Assembly: GCF_006345805.1 (NCBI RefSeq)
Contig: NC_042999.1
Location: 168,020,001 to 168,084,000 of the forward strand
DNA from: Octopus sinensis
Taxonomy: Eukaryota
DNA length: 64,000 nt
Direction of reading: 5' to 3'
The translations under genes were made by a program, and so were the position numbers. This document shows, one piece after another, positions 54,601 to 64,000 of the stretch (its first letter is position 1; each line of letters begins with the position of its first letter). Below the pieces are notes generated by a model that was given only the letters and a program-made list of their open reading frames with translations, searched no databases and had not been told where the DNA came from.

Positions 54601-56463
54601 AAAATATTACTACAAAAACATATATAAAAAACATATGTAATAAATTTCAATGCTGTAAAATTGTGTCTTACTCCACTCCCACATGAATGTCGAAGTGCAA
54701 TCAAGAGTTCATTTCTTTTTCATGAAAGGTCTCATCACTAGCATAGCTAGAGGGAGCAGAAGGGCAGTCCATCCTGAGCGGCACAACTTTTAGGTCTGCT
54801 GTAGGCAATATTTATTTTTTGTAGGGGCCTAGGGTGGCAAATTGAAGAGCCACACTGGGCAACACACACTTTAGCTACACTGGTGGGTCTCATGTAATAA
54901 TTAAAACCTTAATGAGTACACTGACTGTGTATTTTACACACAGACCCATCTGATGAATTCCATCATCATCATCATTATTTTCATGTCTGTATTTCCTTGT
55001 TTGCATGGGTGAGACAAAACATCTCCAAGGCAGTATTCTGTACCCAGGTGCTCGTCCTCATGTCTACCCTTCCTAGATTTCAAATAAAGTACATTTCCCA
55101 CATATTCACGTGATATTACTGCTGAATGTTTTTGATTTTGAAATGCTTACACAATACCTATTTCTGTATTACCCACAAGGGGCTAAACACAGAGGGGACA
55201 AACAAGGACAGACATAGGTATTAAGTCGATTACATCGACCCCAGTGTGTAACTGGTACTTAATCTATCGACCCCGAAAGGATGAAAGGCAAAGTTGACCT
55301 CGGTGGAATTTGAACTCACAACGTAACGCCAGCAGCACCAACATTACCTAAGTCACATAAGTGTGTATGTGTAGCCTGAGGAGCAGACTTGAGTGGTAGT
55401 GAGTAGCAAAACCAACATTATCTTTAATAATGACATCCACTACAATCAATTTTGAAAGTTAGTTTATAAAAAAAGAAAGAGTAAAGATTTTTATAGCTTA
55501 ATCAGAGGAGGAGAGGTACTACTCTTGACTTTGCAGGACTTCTGAGATTGGCAGATGAGGGAACAAAGGAAGAAACTATGAATCACAAGTTATCCACAGG
55601 TTGGAGACTTACTACATATACCTGCAACAGTGGAGGCGCAATGGCCCAGTGGTTAGGGCAGCGGACTTGCGGTCATAGGATCGCGGTTTCAATTCCCAGA
55701 CCGGGCGTTGTGAGTGTTTATTGAGCGAAAACACCTAAAACTCCACGAGGCTCCGGCAGGGGATGGTGGTGATCCCTGCTGTACTCTTTCACTACAATTT
55801 TCTCTCACTCTTACTTCCTGTTTCTGTTGTACCTGTATTTCAAAGGGCCGGCCTTGTCACTCTCTGTGTCACGCTGAATATCCCCGAGAACTACGTTAAG
55901 GGTACACGTGTCTGTGGAGTGCTCAGCCACTTACACGTTAATTTCACGAGCAGGCTGTTCCGTTGATTCGGATCAACCGGAACCCTCATCGTCGTAACCG
56001 ACGGAGTGCTTCCAAAAATACCTGCAACACAGGGGACTGATGGGTGCAATCAAATGTGACGATGATCAGATTAAGTCGCCCATCGAAGATATAATGCCAT
56101 GGAAATCAATGAAACTTTCTGAATGAGAAGGTTATGTGAAATGCAGGAAGAAAAGCAAAAACACTGGAGAAACTTTAAAAATATTAACTTAGCATCAGAG
56201 ATGAAACAGTGCATGCATGTATATTTGAGGAATTGGATGGTTACAAGCAAATGATTATGGTAAAAATTAGGAAACAATATATTTACTGTATAACTCGATA
56301 ATGCCAATGACGTAAATCTGCTAATTCGGCTTCATTTAGAGACTATAAAATAAAAATATAGAAAACACATTTGCATTTGAATTTCCAGACAATTCTTAAA
56401 GATTAACCTTTATATATATTTTAAAAATAAAGATAAACATTGTGTATATGTGTGTGTGTGTGA

Positions 56464-56505
<42 letters not shown>

Positions 56506-59500
56506 CATATACTAGCTGAAGGTGACCCGCTCTACGCGCGGGTAAGAGTGTGGTTGTTATTTTCTGTTGCTTCCTTTCAGCACGTAAAAAGCACCATCCG
56601 AACGTGGCCGATTGCAGCGCCGCCTTGACTTGCTTCTGTGCCGGTGGCACGTAAAAAGCACCAACCGATTGTTGCCGCTGCGAGCCCCCCTGGCACCTGT
56701 GCCGGCGGGACGAAAAAAGCACCCACTACACTGACAGAGTGGTTGGTGTTAGGAAGGTCATCCACCTGTAGAAACACTGCCAGATCAGACTGGAGCCTGG
56801 TGCAGCCTCCTGGCTTCCCAGATCCCGGTCACACTGTCCAACCCGTGCTAGCACGGAAAATGGACGTTAAACGATGATGATGATGATGATTCTCCCTCTT
56901 TGTTTCTCTCTCACTTAACCCACTCTCTTACTCTTCCTTTCTCTCGGACTCTCCCTCGCTTTCTCTTATTCTCTATCTTTATCTATCTCTCTCCCATTTA
57001 TAAACAACAAAAGATCTTGAGTAAGCTGAGAAATAAAATATTTAGAAAGATCAATCATAAATATCAGGCAGTGGCAACGGAAAGGTCTGCTTCAAGGCAG
57101 ACAGCAAAACGCTAACATTTAAAAGGGACAGACGAACTTGCAAGCTGAATAAAAATAATAAAATATTGGAAACCAAAGTTTGAAGGGATAGAATCTGAGG
57201 ATAGTAGAGTCACCATGGCTGGCATTTCTTGTCATCAAAATAATAAAATATTGGAAACCAAAGTTTGAAGGGATAGAATCTGAGGATAGTAGAGTCACCA
57301 TGGCTGGCATTTCTTGTCATCAAAATTCCTTCAACTCATCAGGAAATACAATTGTGCATTTCAAATGACTTCTTTCGGGGCTAACGTTGTCAGAGAAACT
57401 GATTGGATGCCTACTTTCAAGGTCCAGGGCCAGTGTACCACCTTATTGGGTCACTCCAGCCACTACAAAATTGCAAACCTTCGTTCCTTCAAATGTATTT
57501 CCTTACAAATTACAATAGGCAACTTGATTTGCGTTTCGGTGTAATTCCACAACCTGCAAACACTGACGCTGACAATTTCGACAGGGACGTGCTGCTCACT
57601 CTGCAAAACATGCTTCATAACCACAACAGCTATATTCCCAGTTTCAAATACACCTTGGAAACAGCCCCTTCACCAACATTCACCATTGTCATCGATGCTG
57701 ACAAAAGGCCTTCTGGGGAGCACGCGCACCGATATAACGCTCCTTCGTGCAATGAAGTGGCCATAGTTCTCCATGGTGAACAGCACAATCAGCGAGACAT
57801 AGTTCTTCAAAGCCGCGACAGTGGTCTTCAGCGTATTAATGAGACGCATCGGTCATATGACGCCCTGCAGTATCCCCTTCTTTTTCCGTATGGAGAAGAC
57901 GGGTACCATTTCGGCATTCCTCACCACAAACCAAACGAGCCCTCGGCTGCGACATCTAAAACTGTTTCATGTATGGCTTTTTACTCATACCGCTTCATGA
58001 CAAGGCATAATGATTTCAACCCCCTGCACAGATCACGGGAACTGTTTCACCAGTTGGCAGTTGACATGGCTGCAAAGATGGAGTCCGAGAGACTGGGCTT
58101 CATCAAATTGAATCAGAAGCAGCTGCGCTCAGACTCCTACATCCATTTGCGTGATGGCATCAGGAATGAGACTGACGCCCGCAATATCGGCAAAATATGC
58201 ATTCTCCCCTCAACCTATACAGGGGGCCCACGGTACATGCACGAGCGAACACAAGACGCTATGACTTACGTTCGGCATTATGGGCGACCCGATTTATTCA
58301 TTACCTTTACATGTAACCCAAAGTGGTTTGAGGTAACGTGAGAACTTCTCCCAGGGCAGCAGTACTGTCATCGCCATGATATTATTGCAAGTGTTTTCAG
58401 GCAGAAACTGGCTAAGCTCATTCATTTAATAAAAAAAGGGCAGGTTTTTGGGCCTGTTAACTGCCACATGTATACTGTTGAGTGGCAGAAAAGAGGGTTG
58501 CCACACGCGCACATTTTGCTTTGGTTGGTCAACAAAATAGACCCAACAGTTCTTGATGATCTCATTGCAGCAGAAATTCCGGACCCAACCGTTGACCGGC
58601 AGCTGTACGACATTGTGAAGGCACACATGGTACATGGTCCATGCGGTCCTGGTTTTCAAAAGTTCTCCTCATGCCACAAAGACCACGTGTGCACTAAACG
58701 GTACCCAAAGAGGTTCGTGGATGAGACCCAGACCGGCCGCGACGGATACCCACTGTACAGAAGAAGGCACCCTGACAATGGTGGATTCACTATAACGTTA
58801 CGGGGTCATCAAGTGGATAATAGGTGGGTAGTGCCGTACTGTCCATTTCTGATGAAAACTTTTAACGCTTACATAAATGTGGAGTTCTGTCATTCAGTCA
58901 AGTCTATAAAGTATATATGTAAATATGTTAACAAGGGTTCTGACGCTGCCATGTTTGGCCTTCAAAAGGCCAATAGCATGGACGAGGTGTCACAGTACAT
59001 GGTAGGTCGGTACATAAGCAGTGGTGAATCTTTTTGGCGGATATTCGGGTTTCCACTTCACCAAAGGCACCCCGACATCATACAACTAGCGGTTCATTTG
59101 GAAAATGGCCAGCGAACTTACTTTACTGAACATACTGCAGCTGATTTGGCGGCAAATCCAAAACAAACAACTTTGACCGGTTTCTTTAGGCTTTGCCAAC
59201 TTGACACATTTGCTAAAACACTTTTATACCCTCAGGTCCCGTCCTACTACGTGTGGTCAAACAACAATTGGGTGCGTAGGAAATCGGGTCAGGATGTTGA
59301 AGGACATCCTGGTGTCAAGTTTAACAGTTGTCTAGGAAGAGTCTACACTGTACCTCCAAACCAACATGACTGTTTTCACCTGCGCCTTCTCCTCCATGAG
59401 GTTTTAGGCCCACAAAGTTTTCAAGACATCAGAACTGTTGATGGTGTATTATGTGATACTTTCCGTGAAGCCTGTTTTCGGCGTCGACTTTTGGAGGATG

Positions 59501-62365
59501 ATTCACAATGGGGCGCCACTATGGCAGAAGGTGTTTCATTAAAATCTCCTAAAAAAATCAGATCGCTTTTCGCTATTCTATTACTATGGTGTGACTTGGC
59601 TAATCCCGCCTCTTTATGGCTTACCTACAAAGATGATATGACTGAAGATTTCCTGCGTCACGCTCAATTGCTACATCCATCAATGGAGGTCGGGTACACT
59701 GACCTCATTTACAACAGGGCGCTGCTTGAAATCGAAGATACTGTACTCGATATGGGCGGTAGTGCCTTGCCGGTCTATGGCCTACCTTCAACAAACCGGG
59801 AAGGCACAAACACTCTGTTGCTGCGTGAGACATGTTTTAATGTTGATGAGCTTGCCAAGTACATAGCCGACAATGAGCCAAAGCTCATTCCAGAACAGAA
59901 GTTCGCTTACAACTCCGTTGTTAATTCAGTCCGGGCCAAAGCTGGGGACATTTTTTTCCTGGACGCTCCTGGGGGCACTGGGAAAACTTTTGTCAACAAA
60001 TTAATATTGGCTGAGATTAGGCGAACACAAGGCATTGCCCTAGCTGTGGCATTATCTGGAATTGCGGCTACTTTGTTGCCAGGCGGCAGGACAGCTCACT
60101 CTACTTTCAAACTCCCACTTGACTTAGTGAAGACTGAGACACCAACTTGCAACATCAGTAACAGCTCCGATCAGGCAGAAGTCTTCAGATGATGCAAGCT
60201 TATCGTTTGGGATGAATGCACGATGGCCCACAGAGGTGCTCTTGAGGCACTAGATAGATCTCTCAGAGACATCAAACACTCTTCAGCTCCCATGGGAGGC
60301 ATAACACTTCTTCTTTCAGGGGACTTCCGACAAAGACTTCCCGTTATTCCCAAAGGGACTAGAACTGATGCTGTAAGTGCGTGTCTTAAGTCATCCACAT
60401 TGTGGCCACTGGTGAAGACTCTCAAACTTCACACCAATATGCGTGCTCATATGCGACGTGATATCACATCAGCAGCATTTTCTCACACCCTCCTTGCACT
60501 TGGCGAAGGCAAAATACCAGGGGATGAAAATGGTAATATTGCCATCAATTCCATTTGTACCATTGTTAACACGCCTTCTGATCTCAGAGATGCAGTCTTC
60601 CCAGATCTACAAGCTAATTATCAGAATATGGATTGGATTGGCCAAAGGGCTATTCTGGCCCCGAGGAATAAAACTGTTCACCATATTAATGATGAAATGC
60701 TAAAACTCATTCCTGGGGATGTCTATGTATATAAGTCTATTGATACAACTCCTGACCCAGACGACGTCATCAATTATCCAATAGAGGTACTCAATTCCTT
60801 TGAGCCCCCCGGACTACCACCACACATTCTCAAACTTAAAGTTGGTGCCCCTATAATGCTCATTAGAAATTTGGTTCCCCCAAAACAATGTAATGGCACA
60901 CGTTTGATCGTTAAGTCCTTATCTCCCAATCTGATTGAGGCCACCATTATCACAGGGTGCGGTCGAGGCAATGTTGTGCTCATACCTAGGATGCATCTTT
61001 TCCCATCAGGAGCAGACCTACCTTTCATATTTCGGAGATCCCAGTTCCCAGTAAGGCCATGTTTCGCAATGTCAATTAACAAAGCGCAGGATCAAACACT
61101 GTCTGTGGCAGGAATACATTTGGGAGAGCCATGTTTCTCTCATGGTCAGCTTTATGTTGGCTGCACGTGTGTCGGCAGCAACAGTGATGCTTTCGCATTC
61201 CTTCCACGAAAAACAAAAAACATTGTGTACAAGGAGGTTCTATAGGATTACTACGTTTCATCATTTTCAAACACGTTAGTATTTCACTTACATACGATTC
61301 TCTTTTATGATGGCATTTACATTTCTAGGTGTTTCATAACATTAATTCACACTTAACCAACACCTGTCCTTCGCTCAACTCTATTTCTATCCATTCATCA
61401 TCAAACCACCAGCCTCATCTTCTATATCCAACGTACATGACACATCTACCCCCTACATCTACACTCTCATTGTTAAAGTTTACATAAGCGACAACACGAT
61501 CGCAACATACACTTTCGAAACTAATCAACAGATCATTTTATACAACAACAAATTTAATCAAACGCCCATCAATGAAAAATCTCCACCACTGTATATGTAA
61601 TTCACCTAATCAGCACCACTACAGTCTTGCCGGTCTGACATATGGTGAGTAGATGCTATTGTTCTATATTTTATAAATTACACATATTTACTTACCCATG
61701 CTTCATTCCTCTCTTGCCTACATATGAAATCCACTCTCTTTTACACAGCATCAAGTTTTGTAACAGCACATCCGCTGCCGTTCGTGCAAAACGAAGAGAG
61801 ACCCTATTCACCTGCGAACGTTTTACATCGCCTTCCACGACTATCAAATTCTTACAATTATGAGAACAATAACATGGCTCTTTTCAAGGCAACCTCACAT
61901 TCAATTCTTACATCATTCTACGAGGGGGTAGGAACACCTTTACATGGCTTTCTATACACTTACAAATACATTCATTCGCCGTGAACTTATATCGATATTT
62001 GCCTGAATAATCATCATAATTCAGTGCAATCATTAACAGTACTTTCAAGCAATTCAGCCCTGAGCAACGCCGGGCAATTCTGCTAGTCAACAAATAACTG
62101 ATGCTTCATTACCATTCTTGGATCATCAAATCCAGCCAATCTAAACCATTGTTTCAACTTTATTAACATATAAGAAGTAAATGCATATATACCTTATTCT
62201 AAACAAATAAACTGGTAGCAATGAGAAAGCTGATAATTCTTACTTTTTCAACTCTGGAATCAAGATCTTGATTATCCTTGCTGCCTAAAAATAGATCACA
62301 GTACCTGACAGCCTGTTCAACTATGGCAGCTGGTAATCTGAGAATTTCTCTTTTGGTTTTCTTTT
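28180..62365 (-). CDS. TTLL3/TTLL8-like: Tubulin monoglycylase TTLL3/TTLL8-like gene (partial, 9 exons found; 5' part not resolved)
   Basis: Exons with AG/GT boundaries and matching phases: 62365-62244, 56342-56287, 54536-54385, 50655-50560, 46167-46023, 37614-37501, 34143-34038, 32509-32362, 28868-28180. The joined protein has TTL-domain motifs [52 protein letters not shown] and DTGSFEL, typical of the TTLL3/8 glycylases. Confidence 0.93.
31823..32110 (-). mobile_element. Old LINE reverse transcriptase fragment
   Basis: [17 protein letters not shown] resembles the GVPQGS.LSP.LF.LY RT motif. Confidence 0.55.
32362..32509 (-). CDS. TTLL3/TTLL8-like: TTLL exon: [49 protein letters not shown]
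   Basis: tttgtag acceptor and gtaaga donor; 148 bp; carries the catalytic IEIN motif. Confidence 0.95.
32788..35572. mobile_element. Cluster of four family-A SINEs: 32788-33197(-), 33454-33853(+), 34374-34785(+), 35169-35572(-)
   Basis: Four full-length copies in alternating inverted pairs around TTLL exons. Confidence 0.92.
34038..34143 (-). CDS. TTLL3/TTLL8-like: TTLL exon: [35 protein letters not shown]
   Basis: attttag acceptor and gtatgc donor; 106 bp, phase 2 to 0. Confidence 0.92.
34821..35630 (+). repeat. Local segmental duplication of 32437-33259 (offset ~2384 bp)
   Basis: Unique exon and intron sequence plus SINEs D and A recur nearly identically. Confidence 0.92.
35815..36208 (-). 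mobile_element. Additional tRNA-derived SINE (family E)
   Basis: The reverse complement has a tggttagagggttggg...gtgagtttgattcctggaccggg head and a CORE-like gttgtgttcttgagcaagacacttt segment. Confidence 0.7.
36709..36860. repeat. Long hairpin with a 44-bp perfect stem and a ~22-bp imperfect inner stem
   Basis: 36709-36752 is the exact reverse complement of 36817-36860. Confidence 0.92.
37167..37378. mobile_element. piggyBac-like MITE, family 2 (ttaaccctttagcattcagattac...)
   Basis: TTAA termini; same family as 46304-46532, 53797-54025 and ~54021-54255. Confidence 0.7.
37501..37614 (-). CDS. TTLL3/TTLL8-like: TTLL exon: [37 protein letters not shown](R)
   Basis: tgtttag acceptor and gtaatt donor; 114 bp; HLCNN motif. 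Confidence 0.94.
39241..40517 (+). mobile_element. Degenerate IS630-Tc1-mariner (maT/DD37D-like) transposon, nearly full length
   Basis: Fragments read [36 protein letters not shown], and a WP.NSPD-like motif. Imperfect TIRs (gtaaattgttgcc and gacaataatttattc). Confidence 0.85.
40570..41640 (+). mobile_element. Penelope-like non-coding element with two degenerate hammerhead-like motifs
   Basis: cgaaac-atat-gtc-gagaata at ~40729-40748, and gataa-ccgaaga-stemII-tgaaac-tcaga-gtt-ttatc at 41551-41611. Confidence 0.5.
43120..43760. mobile_element. hAT-type MITE hosting the Helitron insertion
   Basis: TIRs cagtgcttctcaac and gttgaggaactactg; perfect 8-bp TSD gtctaaac at 43112-43119 and 43761-43768. 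Confidence 0.85.
43250..43645 (+). mobile_element. Non-autonomous Helitron
   Basis: A|TC 5' end (tctttatatataaaag...gtctgtctgtc) and 3' end cccgagcaacgccgggcgatactgCTAG|T, inserted at an AT dinucleotide. Confidence 0.88.
44100..44830 (+). mobile_element. Degenerate RTE-clade LINE 3' fragment
   Basis: Eroded RT motifs ([13 protein letters not shown]-like) and an RTE C-terminal [21 protein letters not shown]-like segment. Confidence 0.65.
46023..46167 (-). CDS. TTLL3/TTLL8-like: TTLL exon: [47 protein letters not shown](A)
   Basis: tttccag acceptor and gtgagt donor; 145 bp; diagnostic KFDIRQW motif. Confidence 0.95.
46304..46532. mobile_element. piggyBac-like MITE, family 2
   Basis: ttaaccctttagcattc...ttcaagggttaa. 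Confidence 0.75.
48433..48894. repeat. ~460-bp near-perfect palindrome: head-to-head dimer of a tRNA-headed, (AAT/AAC)n-containing element with a PLE-like tail
   Basis: The arms are reverse complements meeting at ~48650-48680. The centre has a tRNA-like B box (gttcgattcc). The left arm has CTGATGA..CCGAAAC on the minus strand. Confidence 0.85.
50560..50655 (-). CDS. TTLL3/TTLL8-like: TTLL exon: [31 protein letters not shown](E)
   Basis: ttttcag acceptor and gtaagt donor; 96 bp; QKYIE motif. Confidence 0.92.
53797..54255. mobile_element. Two adjacent family-2 piggyBac-like MITEs in opposite orientation
   Basis: 53797-54025 is forward; the second copy ends gacagagtaatctgaatgctaaatggctaa, the reverse complement of the family start. 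Confidence 0.65.
54385..54536 (-). CDS. TTLL3/TTLL8-like: TTLL exon: SDLAIEGV...[18 protein letters not shown](G)
   Basis: Contains the TTL ATP-grasp motif; ttttag acceptor and gttagt donor; 152 bp. Confidence 0.92.
56287..56342 (-). CDS. TTLL3/TTLL8-like: TTLL small exon: [18 protein letters not shown](H)
   Basis: ttttatag acceptor and gtaaat donor; 56 bp. Its phases (0 to 2) bridge the neighbouring exons exactly. Confidence 0.65.
56512..57150 (-). mobile_element. Non-autonomous Helitron of a second family, interrupted by a SINE
   Basis: Minus-strand 3' end: hairpin acccgc/gcgggt (56525-56543) followed by CTAG (56512-56515). An acagac tract near 57130 marks the eroded 5' end. Confidence 0.65.
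57152..57321 (+). repeat. 85-bp direct tandem duplication
   Basis: aaaataataaaatattgg...cttgtcatc occurs twice. Confidence 0.92.
57325..62086 (+). mobile_element. Helitron (Rep + PIF1 helicase), 5'-truncated, coding frame nearly intact
   Basis: Rep motifs [30 protein letters not shown] and YICKYVNKG. Helicase motifs [33 protein letters not shown] and HGQLYV. 3' hairpin ccctgagc-aac-gccggg followed by CTAG|T at 62083-62087. Confidence 0.96.
62244..62365 (-). CDS. TTLL3/TTLL8-like: TTLL exon: [40 protein letters not shown]
   Basis: Polypyrimidine ttcag acceptor and gtaaga donor; 122 bp, phase 1 to 0. Resembles the TTLL3/8 segment preceding the D-I/L-D motif. Confidence 0.75.
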
Positions 62366-64000
62366 CTGAACAGCACAATAAGAAACAAGAATCATCAGAA
62401 CATGTGGTTTAGTAAATAAATAAGCCATGATATTAAAGGTAAGAAATAAACATCATGCATGTGAAAGAATTTCAACATTTTCAGTTGAAAAATTAGAGTA
62501 AAAGATATTAGTAATTCTTTTTAATAAAGTCATGAGAAATTTAAAAAATCATATTTGATGGATATATGAGTAAGGGCCTGGTTGTTTCCATAAGATTGCT
62601 TCACAATCACATGGTTACAAGTTCTATCCTACTGCATGGCCTTGTCTGTAAAATTCAGTACACAGAAACTGTATAGAAATTTGTAGAATGGATTTTCCAG
62701 GTAAGCTATAAAGTGTATTGTCACTTTCCTCACAAATCAGGAGAGCCATGCAAAGCTCATCATCAATATTCTTCTTCCTCTTACTAAGTCATAAAAAAAA
62801 AATTATCATCCACAGATGTTGGTAAAAATATATCTAGATTACCTTACTAGTATCATCTTTTAGTTTGAAGAGAAGGGCATGATCCTTTTCAGGGCAAAAG
62901 ATAGAGTTTACTGGATGTGAGAAAGAATATCCAGTTTCCATATGCTGCTACAATTATTTGCCTTGACTAACTTTCATATATTTTGATCATGATGTGGCGA
63001 GGAACATTGAAAGCTAAGACTAACTGTGCTTATTGTCTAACAAAGAACATTATACTGAAACATAATTAAGATTGGATATGATAATGACATGTAAAACATT
63101 TGAATGATATCAGCAGTCAATGTCAGCAAAGAAAAAATTATAAAGAAGGAGAAAGTAAATATGATAACAAGCTTACAGTATTGGCTTTTTTTTATATATA
63201 TCCAAATTTTGACATTTGGTCAAGAAATGTCAAATTGATGAAGTAAGGATAGAAGTGTTAAAGAAGCTTTTATCTTTGACTTGTTTCAGTCATTTGACTG
63301 TAGCCATGCTAGAGCACTGCTCTGAAGGGTCTTAATCAAGCAAATTGATCCCAGGACTTACTTTTTAAAATCTAGTACTTACTTTATCGGAATCTTTTGC
63401 TGAACTGCTAAGTCACAGGGACATAAACACACCAACACTGGTTCTCAAGCAGTAGTGGGGGACAAATATAGACACAAAGGCACACACACAGATATATGCA
63501 TCATCATCGTTATCATTTAACATCCATTGTCCATGCTGGCATGGGCTGGACAGCGTAACCAGGGCTGGCAAGCTGGGGAGCTGCACCACGTTCCAGTCCG
63601 ATTTGGCAGGATTTCTATGGCTGGATGCCCTTCCAAACACCAACCACTTTACAGTGTGCAGGGTGCTTTTACGTGACACTGCACAGGCACTTTTATGTGA
63701 CACCACACAGGTGCTTTTACATGGCACCGCATGGGCACTTTATGAGTCTAGTTTTTAGACTAGTTTCCAACTTGCATTGGAACTTCATGTGACTGAAATG
63801 AATACATGTGATTTCTCTCTTTCTGTCCATGAAGGTATAGCTGTGTGGTAAGAAGTCTGCTTCCCAACCACATGGTTCCAGGTTCAGTTCCACAGTGTTG
63901 CACCTTAAGCAAGTGTCTTCTATTGTAGCCTCAGGCTGACCAAAGCCTTGTGAGTGGATGTGGTAAATGGAAACTGAAAGAAGCCTCTGTGTGTGTGTGT

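Noticed and set aside
54729-54895. Possible small hAT-like MITE (tagctagaggg...ttagctac)
   Set aside because: The TIRs are too degenerate and no TSD was found.
58339-60192. Selenocysteine or programmed read-through of the Helitron TGA codons
   Set aside because: No SECIS was identified, and the positions correspond to probable Arg codons; CpG decay is the simpler explanation.
62846-62955. Candidate further TTLL exon (HMETGYSF...LFKLKDDT, phase-1 gtaagg donor)
   Set aside because: The acceptor is weak and I recognise no TTLL similarity; it needs RNA evidence.

Overview
This is AT-rich, repeat-dense eukaryotic DNA, most likely from a coleoid cephalopod (Octopus). That assignment is inferred from recognisable tRNA-derived SINE families and the long (TA)n tracts. 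The main host gene is a minus-strand TTLL3/TTLL8-like tubulin glycylase. Nine of its exons (62365 down to 28180) were reconstructed by hand with consistent splice phases; its 5' end lies beyond the last exon I could support. A probable plus-strand exon of an unidentified gene lies at 3016-3825. The rest is transposon material: several SINE families, a Tx1/L1-clade LINE forming a ~5.6 kb head-to-head inverted structure, an ORF1-only Tx1-like element, a nearly intact Rep/Helicase Helitron plus non-autonomous Helitrons, mariner/maT remnants, piggyBac-like and hAT MITEs, RTE and other LINE fragments, and Penelope-like sequences with hammerhead-like cores. The most striking observation is that all three Tx1-type 3' ends join the same site in the tRNA-like head of a SINE, one with a 15-bp target-site duplication. 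A further SINE carries a Tx1-like 3' tail. Together these suggest a SINE/tRNA-head-targeting Tx1 system. Repeat coordinates are approximate, and all alignments were done by eye.
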